49,984 nt of DNA, filler included, from Sphacelaria rigidula (GCA_964200075.2; 3 parts of 3 records of this genome joined end to end with filler, not necessarily neighbours in it); one strand, 5' to 3'; shown: positions 13,573-25,395, numbered from the whole stretch's first letter. Notes: a model not told the origin generated them from the letters alone. Numbers and translations are program-made.

Positions 13573-14646
13573 GTGAGTGAACCGAAGCAGTACTGTAGTC
13601 TTCCAGAGGAGCTATTCTTCGAACTGGAGGATCTTGATCGGTTCGTTTGTCTTGATGCCTGTACTTTCACCGTCGAAGCAGCCCCGAAGCGGGCTTGATT
13701 CACTATCGTGTGAGGTGCTAGAACGTGGAAATATTTGCAGTGCTGTACCGTCTGTTGCATTGCTCATGATGCAGACGCGGGGCAGGTTTTTTAAGGGGTG
13801 CTTACGCTTTTGGTTGTACCATAAGAAGAATGGCTGACAGAACGTTCTCGGAATCACAGTATATGATTTTGAACAAACGCTAACGCTGACCCTAACTCTA
13901 ACCGTAATCTAACCCCGACCAAGGCACAGGAGAATCCTCCGGCGAGGGAGGTGCAATTTTTTCTCTAGGCACAGTGCGCTTTGGCAGACGCTAATTCATG
14001 GTTGTAGGCAGACAAACGTTTTGGGAAAACCAGGAGCACTTGGGACTGCCATCCGCCTTAAAGAAGGGTTCGAATATCGGTGTTGGCTCTAAAACAAATT
14101 GATCGACCAAGTCGACCATACCTCAAGCATCAAGTAGTAATGATCAACAATTCTTACGAACACTCAATGCGTAAGTTCTACCGCAGTGTGCACAACCCTT
14201 TGACGGCGACCAGAGAAGTCATATGTTGAATCAGCATCAATTTCACTTGGAAAATTACTACACTATCAGATGAACTACCCTGGTAGTCAAGGGATTGAGC
14301 GCGTCTTGGTCTTGGTGGAAGTATCTTGTAAATTTATTCTACCGTCAGGACGTCGTTTATTTGTCCGATATCCGACGGCGCCGAGCGGGGTGATCGATAC
14401 AAAAACGTCTCCTTCAAAAACGATTTACACGCGGAGAATGTCCGGCAGCGAATCTTGAACCATTCGGCGTATTTTTGCACCAAGAATGCCCACAAAAACC
14501 CGCAGAGGAGCTACCAATGCTGCTGCTCTGCAAGTAATTGTGGGGTTGTATTATGCGCTGTACCTAAAACTCGCAGTGCAATCCGAGGAGCGGTCGCACG
14601 TGCCGTGGCGCAACGAAAAGTAGCTGACGCAAACGTCATAGGAGTG

Positions 14647-14894
14647 ATGCTACGGTAGGGGTGCACGAGTATTTTATGAGGTTAAAATTGTTAGGAGCCC
14701 TTGATCTCATGCAAAACACCACTTGCGAAAATATGTGAAAGTACGCCAGGATTACCACTCCAATGTGCCGGGGATATCCCGAATGAATTTGCAAACGGGG
14801 ATGCCCTGATCCATATTCTTGTGCATCTAGAATTGTTAGGAGCCCCTGAACTAGACAATATTTCGCGAAAACAAATGCACCCCTACCGTAGCAT
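14647..14894. mobile_element. MITE in vBPO intron 1
   Basis: Perfect 19-nt inverted termini ATGCTACGGTAGGGGTGCA / TGCACCCCTACCGTAGCAT; internal direct repeat AATTGTTAGGAGCCC twice. Confidence 0.75.
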
Positions 14895-15055
14895 TGCTCA
14901 TAACCTGACCCTGTGTGTACATGTCTGCGTCCTCATCTCATGCTTGTTCTCGACGGGAAATGTCACCAACGATAACAACGATACGAATGCTGCCACTAAC
15001 GCCACCCCCACCAACACCCAACACCACCTCAACAATTACTCGACCTCTGACTCAG

Positions 15056-15217
15056 CCCAAGGAGCGCGCAAAGGTGACGTTCAAGAAGCGTCTAGACATT
15101 GCGAAGGCAGAGCTGGAGGTTGGGCCCACCTGCCACATCACCAACGGAGACGAGCAGAATGTTCCGCAATTCGTGGGACAGTTCCACAAGTCTCTTCCTC
15201 ACGACAAAAATGGGGTG
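15056..15217 (+). CDS. vBPO: Vanadium-dependent bromoperoxidase, exon 2 (rest of gene beyond the contig end)
   Basis: CTCAG| PKERAKVTFKKRLDIAKAELEVGPTCHITNGDEQNVPQFVGQFHKSLPHDKNGV |GTGAGT; the NGD...FHKSLPHD motif is typical of brown algal vanadium haloperoxidases; in phase with exon 1. Confidence 0.9.
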
Positions 15218-15879
15218 GTGAGTCGTGACTTGTGTGTGTGCTTCGAAGTAGGATATTTCATCGTTAACTAATTACCCCCCGGCGCGATCCGTCTCGAAAG
15301 GGGTGCGTGATTAACGATCAAACGACTAGGGCAAGCAACAAATGAGCACCACCCTCACCCCCACCCTCCCCTTCCCCTGCGGTTCTCGGGCGGTAGACAA
15401 CTTCTACTCACACGAGAACTCGATCACCGTACGCCCCTGACAGGACGACCCAGATAGCAATGGGCACATAACGCCTCACTATGTGCAATGATTGTCCGAG
15501 AGAACGATAAGTCGCAAGTCAAACTTGGCTTGTAACACTGGATGAGCCAGGCGTCAACCCTTAGTTTTGCGCTCGCTATATTGACATGCATCTATAATGT
15601 TTTGTTCGTTAAATACTTTCCATCGCGTTTCGAAAAGTTTTCATGTGTAGAACTTCGTGGTTTGGCATTTTTCAAACGCCAATTCTGCTGTTGGCAAGGA
15701 GGTAATAGTATTAATAGTACTATTAGTGCTATTACTCGAAACTTCGCACTGCAGCAGCAAAACATCCACCAGTTCTGAACACACGTGTCCGCCTCCACCT
15801 GGCAAAACAATCAGAAGTGGTGAATGTGTGCCTTTCAAGTCCCAAAGTAAACAGAGGATCCTGATGAACGAGTTCAAAT

Positions 15880-16240
15880 GTTGAAAAAAAAAACGTTCAA
15901 CTCCAAAACAGTGCATTCCTTGACCTAAAGCCATGACAAATTACTTTCATATGGACGACCGCATGCCCCCCGACCTTTCCGAAATCGTCTGCGGGAGTTT
16001 CCGTCTTCCGTTCCCCCAAAAGGTATTTGCAAAAGCACCATCTTGGGGCTAAAAAGCGCCCCTTTTTTTCGACCCGAAATCGAGTCAAAAACGTGTCTTC
16101 GCACGTACCTTTTGGAGAACAAAAGACGGGAAACTCACACAAATAGTTGCAGGGAGGTTGTGGGCGCATGTGGTCGTCCATATTCAAGTAGTTTATCGTG
16201 ACTTTAGGTCGCGGAAAGCACTGTCCTGGAGTCGAACCTC
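15880..16240. mobile_element. Foldback-type repeat, diverged relative of 32286-32860
   Basis: Imperfect inverted arms (TGACCTAAAG..TTTCATATGGACGACC vs GGTCGTCCATATT..TTTAGGTC), collinear with the 32.3-32.9 kb element. Confidence 0.55.
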
Positions 16241-16595
16241 AGGATAACGATCAACCTCGTTTCTCAGGATCCTCTTGCTAGTAGATGAATTTGTTAAAGT
16301 ATCCCGGAAAATTCCACTGTTTTTTCGAGTATCATCATTTTTTCAACCGCGACTATAACGCTGATCATCAAAACTATCTTGACTGCGAAGTACGTGGGCA
16401 TTTCCCATTGTCTACGTAGGTACGCCGATACCCCTTCCACTCGAAGACGCATGACCGATGATTTGTAACAACCGCGAGGTATACCACACATGAGAATACC
16501 CCCCCCCTCCCTTCCCCTGGTGCTCCGTCTCGAAAGGGATGCGTGGTCAATGGTCAAACGACTAAGGCAAGCAACAAATGAATACGCCCCCCCCC

Positions 16596-16695
16596 NNNNN
16601 NNNNNNNNNNNNNNNNNNNNNNNNNNNNNNNNNNNNNNNTTAATTAATTAANNNNNNNNNNNNNNNNNNNNNNNNNNNNNNNNNNNNNNNNNNNN
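16596..16695. other. Artificial contig-join spacer
   Basis: 44 N + TTAATTAATTAA (stops in all six frames) + 44 N, exactly 100 nt. Confidence 0.98.
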
Positions 16696-17851
16696 GGGGG
16701 GGGGTGTACTCATGATCATGCATGCCATAGTTAGTCATCAGACCATTGGGGGGGGGGGCGAACTCAACCGCGCTGCGTTCCTCCGTGGTTTTCGTGTCTT
16801 CGTCTTCCGCGTTTTTTTGCTTGTAGAACTTACGAGGATAATTGAGATTAATTGATCGAGGAAGAAAATATCCTACTTTGCCTTTTTTTGGTGCTTTGTC
16901 ATCACTTACGAACCCGTCCAATGTCGTCACATCCCTTACAGGGCAACAGCGGCGGCAGTCGGAACCTTTGGACAACGTCATGAGAGTCTTCGTCAAGCGA
17001 TTGAGGACGCTCCAATCTCCGGCGTATGCTGAGTGGTACCGAGATCGAGTTGCTCTTCATGAGGAGGACCTGCGCAACGGAGAAATCCCGACGCGACCCA
17101 AGTCGTAGCAATTGCCTTCACCGGTGGTCCCGCCACGGTGCGGTGGGTTGCCGACATCGCGCGCGATCGTACAACGGTTGTGCAACCCCGGCCTGTATTG
17201 TTAAACGCAAATACTTGACGATAGGATAGAGGATCGAAGTACAAGTACTTGCGAATGGCAATTTTGACAGCGCTACGATAGGATCATCATATACCACCCC
17301 TGGGGGATGACTGTTTTAGGGACCCACAACGTATCACTCGGGGATGATATTTCAGAAGAGATGCTACACTGCGTGCCCCTACAATGCGCTGATGGCAAGA
17401 GAGGTGAAACATACTTGGTAACTGAAATAATTACAAAATAACTTTAAAATGGGCTACCTCGCCCCGGTGGTGTGTCCCATGTCTCTCGTGTGATGCCACC
17501 TATAACTGTACTCCGAGTACGTCGGAGGATCGCTGGTGCGATTCCCGGCAGCCGTCCTCTCTTGGAGTTGTGCTGAAAGGTACCTGTACTGTATGTCATC
17601 TCCGTCGATGAAGGCGTGAAGGCGTGGGTAGCAAACAAAGAGGTTTGGTTTGACGAGCGGGAACGCGATGTGGGAGTGCTGACAGTCATGACCCAATCTG
17701 CGATACCAATATGCGAAGCTTGTACCAAGGGAGAGGTGAGATAGGTTGACCCTTGACACTACGGGCTCGTCCCGAGGGGAGGGAGTGGTTAAATGTGCCC
17801 CCCTCCCTCCGAAACCGTCTAGGAGTAGCGATACCAGAAGTCACACGTTCC

Positions 17852-17948
17852 GGGATTTTTTCTCACATTATGCCCAAGGGTTGAGGGCGTGTCATGGATA
17901 CATAGCGGTCAACTCCACGGTTGACGAGGGAACGGGACCACTGAACCC
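17852..17948 (+). mobile_element. Diverged SINE body fragment related to 49812-49984
   Basis: GGGATTTTTTCTCACATTATGCCCAA...GACGAGGGAACGGGACCACTGAACCC aligns by eye with GGGTTTTTCTTACACCATGCCCAA...GACGAGGGAAAGGGACTGCTGAACCC. Confidence 0.55.
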
Positions 17949-19805
17949 TTCTGGCGACAATAATTAAGGCAAGTACCGCACAAGGAAGGTGAAGTGTAAG
18001 ACCAAGAAAAACTCTGTATTGACCTTGCACCTGTGACCCCGGCTGATGCACCCACGCATACTGAATGTAGACTCGCGTCCAGAATAGATGAAATGATGAC
18101 GCATATACATGCTGCTCCCACCATAGATGACTTCCATTCTTGAGGGTTCGTCGACTGCATGGTCCGTTGGTCTGGTCAAAACTGAAGGAGACACGTCATA
18201 TATGGTTCGAGATCTGGAGAAAGGCTTCAATAGTCGTGCTTCGATGGTTGTAACGTTTACTCCATCAATGTTTTTTCACGCCTTGTCGCCTTTACTCGTG
18301 CTTCAAGAGTTGGTCAGCACTGGAACAGTATCAGGTCGTGTGCCGACGAACATTACCCCATTCTGTGCTGTTGGGGTGATGTGGAGTACGATCCGATTTT
18401 TCGAGGGGGTGAACTTGACCACCCAGGACCCCCAAAACACGATTTCGCGGCTCCGTCAAAACGAATATGATGAGGTGTAAATGTACTCAGCGAAACTGTC
18501 GTAATGATCCGGATGGATTGGGGAAAATGTGCAAGAGCGAGAACCAGGGGCCGTGTTCGTGCAAGAGCGTATTGAAACATTTTGGCTCTTTATACGGCCG
18601 CGGTGAACGCAACAACCATCCTCTCCGGAACATATCCAGTAATTTCTGCCAGTAATACGGATCACTTTTTCTCGAATATTCCTGAAGGACTTGCATCAAC
18701 GGTACACGAGCCGGGTTTCGCGTGGGAAAGATGGCGGGCCACTCGAAGTACGGTGTGGGGATCCAGGCGCATTTCGATGGATCTTTTCTTCACTCCGTTC
18801 GACGTTAGCTGTAAACTGCATTGGTCGTGGTCGTAAAGCTCATCAGGTGAGCGGCGCAGTGACCCTTGTGGCCGCAGAAGGCACATTACCTGTCACCCTG
18901 CAACAGTTCACAAGTGGTTGTATACTGTTGTGCTCGCCACTCCGGTTTCGACTTCGTCCGGGGGGGGGGGGGGGGGGCATGTGTTCAATCATGAGGGGAT
19001 TCGGGATTCGGGATGCGTCGCACGTCGTACACGTTTGCCGACACGGGTTTCTCACGAAGACATGCGAGAGAACGGCTACACCCTCCGTTCGCTGCTGGCG
19101 ACGAGTACACAGCATTGTCGATGTACGAGTACACTGTCTTCTGACTTAACGTCATCAAGTTGCGGTGCTCGTCCCTGATGTAACATCTAGCATCAGGTAT
19201 TTTTTGGCTGTAGGACCATGTTGTGAGGGAGCTAGGTGTATGCTTCAAAACCCACGTGATTACTCAATGTAAACTGGTCTACTGGTCCTGATGACTCCCC
19301 TCCTCACGTCGCACGCTTATACCGAAGACGACCTCAGCGATCGAGTGAAAATGAACCAAAACCTCACGAAATTGCATCAACAGCAAGTATGCAAAGTGCA
19401 AGAATCCTCGCCAACACCACACGCAATACGCAACTGTTCCGTGAAAATGCAGCATGCCGTCGCTTGTCTCAACACCACTTCTTCACACTCATGCATCAGA
19501 CTCAAGTGTCGATATAGACGGCACATACGCAACTGTCATCACGTCGAGACACGAAATCTCGCGCTCTCGTTGTCCTCTCACACGCGGCACAGGGATACAA
19601 GATCAACCTTCCTACTGTACAAACTAAATCCCAGCTGAAGAGAGGGTGGCGAGGCACTTCTCACACTCAATTCGGCTCGTGCTTTCACAAAACCATGCGT
19701 GCTGATTGTCAGAACCAACATGGACAAAGTTCAACATCTCAATATATGTTCTCCGTGACTACTTCCCCCAGTGCGAATTCAACGTACTACTCCTGGCGCT
19801 GTATT

Positions 19806-19868
19806 TCAGCCCAAGATATTCGCGGGGCTGACGAGTTCTTGTACGAGCATACCGGCGATGCCGATCAT
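19806..19868 (-). CDS. LHCX: LHCX/LI818 light-harvesting protein, copy A, exon 4 (terminal)
   Basis: CAG| MIGIAGMLVQELVSPANILG* (TGA at 19806-19808); missed by the ORF track; parallels exon 4 of copy B. Confidence 0.92.
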   Translation of the reverse strand: MIGIAGMLVQELVSPANILG

Positions 19869-20539
19869 CTGCCGCAATAAACAATTACATGGGGAAGTAG
19901 AAGGAGGGGAGGAGCAGGGTTGAGTTGAATAGAAGGCGAGCTGAAGATGATCACCGGTCAAACTTGTTTCGTTTCATCATTTTCCTCATCGGACATGTTC
20001 GGGACGTCTTACATCAGTCACACCACTCGATTTTTTTCGTGTGCCGTTGAAACGACTAAAGTATATCGTCTTGCACCACTCAGCTCAGTTCGTAACCTCG
20101 AAACTTCCCGACGGTTGCGTCGTGGATTCGAAGTTCGAAGCCATCTGTAATTTTCTCACACAATACTCAACCTTGGAGAGCGACTGTTTGTGTACATAAA
20201 ATTGGACTTGATGGTCGACGAGGAAAACGCGCCGCTGAACCCTTCTCGCGGTGAAAAATAAAAGCAAGAACAAAGGTGGAGAGCCAAGGGAAAAATCCTG
20301 TGCTGCCCTTCCTCCTGTTCGACTTCGACTGGATGCGTCCGCATAACCGAAAGGTGTTGACCGGCGTCCAGACTACATTGGACGACAACATACATACCAC
20401 CAACAACAATAACAACACTACCCCATGAGGTCATGCAGACAAAGAAAGGGACATCACAAGCTCATACTTACAAAACGACAGAGCACGCCTGCAATGCGTA
20501 CAGTACCCGGCGTGAAAGTATCATGCCCAGAATACTCAC

Positions 20540-20752
20540 CGCTAAACGACCGTTGTTAAGTTCCTTGGTCTGCATGGTGGCGAGACCTTCGTCGTCTGTG
20601 GGCTTCAGTCCCAGGGGATCGAACCCAAGGTCTCCCGGCGTGTAGTCCTCCTTCAGCCCAGCCTCGCCGGTCATGGATCCTGGCTCCGCGAAGGCGGTGG
20701 TGATTTGGTTGTACTCGATGAAGGCGATGCCCAGAAGGGCAGCCACCCAGAA
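20540..20752 (-). CDS. LHCX: LHCX/LI818 copy A, exon 3
   Basis: FWVAALLGIAFIE...LKEDYTPGDLGFDPLGLKPTD...MQTKELNNGRLA; AG/GT bounded, phase 0; PGDLGFDPLGLKP and TKELNNGRLA are LI818/LHCX hallmarks. Confidence 0.95.
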
Positions 20753-21631
20753 CTGCTCAACGTGCACACGAAGGGGTTGAAAAATGGAGGGACCGGGGGA
20801 GGGGGGGCGCTCAAGTTTGTTCCACTAGTACGTAGACCGAGATGCTGATCCGACGGCGTTGTGGGATGCACAACCAGTAGTGTATCTAGACGATAATACG
20901 TCACTCAGACAGTGCCCAACAATGGATGAATGGTCAGTAATGTACATGATACTGTCGTGGTATGTCAGACAACGGCATGCTTTCCGATCCCGGTTGCTCC
21001 CCAACCCAGTATCCGTCAGACAGAAGGTACGCAACCTCCTTGTTGTAGTATCCAATTACCACGTGTGGGACGTAGCAAGGTCACTTTGCGTGCATATGAT
21101 GATTTGTGTTGACTACGCGGTATGCAGTTCAAACACTCCGGCTCCGGCCTAGCAGTGGTGAAATGATGGAACCATCTAATTCTTATTTGTATCGTTGAAG
21201 TTGATCTTTGGTGCCCAACTTTCGCTCCATTTGTTCGTCGAGCGTCGACACTGGAATCTACCCCCCAACACAAATGCCTACGGAGGGATGTGCGGCTCTC
21301 CAGAGGCAAAACAAACCTCCGGTGGCCTTCTCTTTCCTGGAAATAAAAAACTACCACTCTGGAGGGCCGCGCACCCCGCCGTAGGCATTTCTGGTGGTAG
21401 CAAAATGACTCTGGAGAAATGCGCGGTCCTTCTGGGGCAAAGCAAACGTCTAGAGGCGTTCCATCCCTCTGCAGGCGTTCAAACCCTCGGGAGGCTCGAT
21501 AATTGACCGCTCTGGAGGAATGTTCGGGGTAGCCCAATGGCCGCGTATGCAGAATGCTATTCCAACTTGTTTCCTTCGTCCTTATAGTATCTCGTCCGTC
21601 CGAATTTCTTTGGGCCCTCTTATTTGATTTA

Positions 21632-22057
21632 GAGTAGTGGGCGGTCCAACTATTTGGGGGTGTATTGGGGTTTTCCTCGCGTACTACTCTTCGGTAAAAC
21701 TCGAAATTGCTAACGTCGGTAGATTTTCAACAAAGCAGATCATTTCCGAAACACAGTGCTCAAGTTAGTGTTGGTTGATGTTATCGGGCGAACGAAACAA
21801 GTAAATACCCCGTTCATCGGGAGGGTGTGCTTGACCGTGGAGCACAGTTTTTAGGTACTAGTCCACTGAGCAGGTGAACTAGTAAGTCACTCAATATTGA
21901 CATGGAGGATTGTTTCTTCGTGGAGTATGGAGCGGGTACAAACATGTTCAAATCCCCGGTGTGATAGACGGTGGCAAGCGAAAAGAGCCCAGGAAAATCG
22001 CCAATTCATAAAAATAAAAAAATACCACAAAATTAATAGTTAGGTCGCGCACTACCG
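21632..22057 (+). mobile_element. MITE family B, diverged copy, in LHCX-A intron 2
   Basis: TA|GAGTAGTGGGCGGTCCAACTATT ... AATAGTTAGGTCGCGCACTACCG|TA; body collinear with 26858-27402. Confidence 0.75.
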
Positions 22058-22980
22058 TAGATTTCTTCATCCCTCTTCTTTGGGTGGTCGTGACGACGGC
22101 AGGCGTCCGATGCCCGGTACGGAAACAGAAATACTAAGCGGACATCAGAACGGTTCTTGACGTGAAGACCACAGTAACAAAATCGAGAAAAATGATGATC
22201 CTGTATTCAATCCATCACGGTCAACAAACAATCAATCCAAGGAATCATGTGGTGACGAAGTAAAGAAGTAGAGTGGCGAATATCGAGTTTCCGAGTACAT
22301 CACTCACGCGAATGTTGTAGCGGGATTTTGCGTGACAGTACAGCACGGTACAGAGAGAATCAAACCTCCGAGAGTGAGAAGAGCAACGTGTGCGGTCGTT
22401 GAAACCGACCAGCTTTCAACGATGAATGTAATGTATCAATGTACCAAGTCGTCGTATTTACGGAAATACATATCTTGTCAAGTGAACCGTTGACGTTGAG
22501 TTTTGCTTGTCGATATCTGAAACACCTTCTTGTCTCGCAGTGGTATTCCTCGGATGTGGGGTGCGCTGCCCCACCACCCTTCCTTCACGCATGTATGTTT
22601 ATGCGTCAGGGAAAAGCAGCGACGTACCGTGCCTCAGTATGTACCATGGTTTAGAAAATACCGCGTCAGGCTAGACGCATCACATTCAGATCTTCCCGGG
22701 GCTGGAGAGAAAAAACATGTTGTCGTGGCTCATCGGAGCTACATGACATCCCACAATATTTGTGCTGCATCATATGGCAGCGGCGGGTAGTTCGTTATTA
22801 TCCTGTATTATCCGACAATTATTGTACAACGGGTGACAACTGCTGAAGACGTGTGACTTCACAACCGAGCTACGGTACGCGCAGTGTTGCTAGCGCTGCT
22901 GTATACCACGCCCTGTGCACCTTACATTTCCACACGAAGTCGGTGGCAATTGAATTTCTCAACGGGCTTTGAAACATCAC

Positions 22981-23064
22981 CTGTGGGAATTGTGCTGTGA
23001 TCTCTTGGAAGTGGTCGACTGCCGGACCGATGTAGTCCGGGCCCATGAAGAGCGGGTGAAATTG
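22981..23064 (-). CDS. LHCX: LHCX/LI818 copy A, exon 2
   Basis: QFHPLFMGPDYIGPAVDHFQEITAQFPQ, 84 nt, AG/GT bounded. Confidence 0.95.
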
Positions 23065-23525
23065 CTGAGAGGGCACGGAGTGTATGTTGTACAAAACAAG
23101 CCGGAGGCAAAGACAGGGAACAAGTCGAGGAATCGCGATTAAGCGCCATCTGAGCTTGACAAGTGGAAGACTCTGTTCTTGTAACGGTCACGTGGGTACA
23201 TCCGCGGGACATTGTAACGGGTTGCAAGAAAATCAGGGCAAGTTGGTTGTCTTCGCAACAGGAGTGCTACAGTAGTAGCACTTTGGAGAAACCGTATGTT
23301 CTCCAAGATACAAGACAAACGGTGGGATGCAGTAACATCAGTTGAGCGACACGAACGTGAATGTGTGATGCATTCAAATACCACCGTGATCAAACAGGAA
23401 TCCGTACACGTCGTTCGCCCCATCTTGGAAAGCTGTCGAGCCTCACATACGCCGTGTCTCATTCCCAAGAGTTGAATCAACGCAAGATATCCAGGGCCTC
23501 GTCATTCAGAACTCATATGCATCAC

Positions 23526-23846
23526 CTCGGCAACAAGAACTCCCAGCGCAGCCAGCATGGACACCCGGCCGTGCTTGATTTCGGCCTCGCGCCAACGCTT
23601 GATGTCTCCTGGCTCCGCACCTTCGGACAAGCCAAGCGGGTCGAAGATCTTGCCATCGCCGAACGGAGCTCCGGGCAGAGTCGCCACGTAGTCAGATCCC
23701 GCGCTCATGCGCGTCACGCTGCTGCTGCTGCTTGATGCAGCAGCCGGGCGGACTGCACGCACGGAAGCCACGGGCGACACGAACGCAGTGGATGAGACCA
23801 CTAGGCTGGTGGCGGAGGCAAGGATCATCTGTGTCGAGGTCTTCAT
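23526..23846 (-). CDS. LHCX: LHCX/LI818 copy A, exon 1
   Basis: [11 protein letters not shown]...STAFVSP (bipartite plastid targeting, ASAFAP-like) ...FDPLGL...[18 protein letters not shown] (LHC helix 1); donor GAG|GTGATG. Gene A = 107+28+71+20 = 226 aa. Confidence 0.95.
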
Positions 23847-24839
23847 GGTTTAGGTTGAAAGATTCGTGCACTGCAGGCTAGATGCGGTGTCTGCTTTGGT
23901 GTTGATGGTGGTAAGAAAGATGAACTGACTACTGGTGCGGCAGGGGAGGGTGGGGTACCGGGTGTGGTACTGACGTTGGACTTGTGGACAAGGTACGAGT
24001 CAGTGTATACGATGCGTTTATGGCGCATGACGCAGATTTGTCAACACGGCTCCAAGCACGGCGGAAGTACGTGCCTCATGCACCGGTTCTCATCGATCAC
24101 TGAGATCGACCAGTCATCCAGAAATGTATACTGTACATGTACACATGATGATCTTGAGGCTCCAACCACGTCAAAGTACGTGCCTCATGCACCGGTTCTC
24201 ATCGTTCAGTGAGATGGACCGACCAGTCATCCAGAAATGTATACATGTACTGTACAGATGATATTTCAGATCTTGAGGAGATACCAAACGCACATGAACG
24301 AAACTCGGTAAAAGCGGGCCAACACACTTTCGCCCAAGGGCGACAAAAAATACCCCACGCTATTGCTGATGCAGATTCTTCTCTATGAAAAATGCAAGCT
24401 GTTCCATTCAGTTCGTGGCAGCAGCAATGGCGGGGAGTATCGATTAGCAAGTGGGGAGAAAAACACGGGAGGCGGCATGAAAAAGGGCGGTATTTTGTTT
24501 GTGAAGATGCGGCAGAATCACTGACGCTAGGACTGAAGTACCACATGGAAGTTACAGTACAGTACAGGTGGAAAGTGCAACGACCACGCAAAACCTCCGT
24601 ACGATACAGCAACAGCCAGTTACACATTGTACAGAATCACTGACGACTCAGTGACGCTTCTAGATTCTGGATCACTACATGATCAGCGACGACAACCCAT
24701 CAGCAATCGGTGATCATGATTCCACGTACAGAAGATACCGCGCGGGGTAACAGACCTCAAGCCCCACCCAGTCACAACTAGCATCTGCCCTCAAACACTA
24801 GTCACGAACACCAACAGCATCACCCTCATCACCAACAAA
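23847..24839. promoter_or_regulatory. Shared divergent promoter region of the two LHCX genes
   Basis: 993 nt between opposing ATGs; TGACGT at 23971, ACGTCA at 24168, further TGACG at 24028, 24522, 24641, 24652; ~100-nt direct repeat 24065-24159 / 24174-24278. Confidence 0.6.
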
Positions 24840-25160
24840 ATGAAGACCTCCACCCAGATGATGCTTGCCTCCGTCGCCAGCCTGTCGGCCTCCTCCACTG
24901 CCTTCGTCGCACCAGCTACTTCCCTACGCGTTACTCAACCTGCTGCTGCATCAAGCACCAGCAGCAGCGTGACACGCATGAGCGCGGGATCAGATTACGT
25001 CGCGACCCTGCCCGGAGCTCCGTTCGGCGACGGCAAGATCTTCGACCCGCTCGGCTTGTCCGAAGGTGCGGAGCCAGGAGATATTAAGCGTTGGCGCGAG
25101 GCAGAAATCAAGCACGGCCGGGTGTCCATGCTGGCTGCGCTTGGAGTCCTCGTCGCCGAG
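24840..25160 (+). CDS. LHCX: LHCX/LI818 copy B, exon 1
   Basis: [11 protein letters not shown]...STAFVAP...[29 protein letters not shown]; 321 nt, same length as in copy A. Confidence 0.95.
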
Positions 25161-25291
25161 GTGAGGAGTTTACACAACGTATGCACTCTTGTCTTTTTCA
25201 AAGCTACGAAGTGAACGGGACGCCACAGTGGTATACTCTTGCCTGTACATCAGGCCTGCCGACTTGGTGCTGCAGATGTATTACTGCAGAC

Positions 25292-25395
25292 AGCTGGTGT
25301 CATCTGGTCCGGAGCCGTCAGGCACCCATCTCTCTAGACTGATAGCTGGTGTCATCTGGTCCGGAGCCGTCAGGCACCCATCTCTCTAGACTGAT
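25292..25395 (+). repeat. Perfect tandem duplication, 52 nt x2, in LHCX-B intron 1
   Basis: AGCTGGTGTCATCTGGTCCGGAGCCGTCAGGCACCCATCTCTCTAGACTGAT twice. Confidence 0.92.

Noticed and set aside
13573..13698. Read-through extension of vBPO exon 1
   Set aside because: Strong GTGAGT donor at 13573, and homology continues at 15056.
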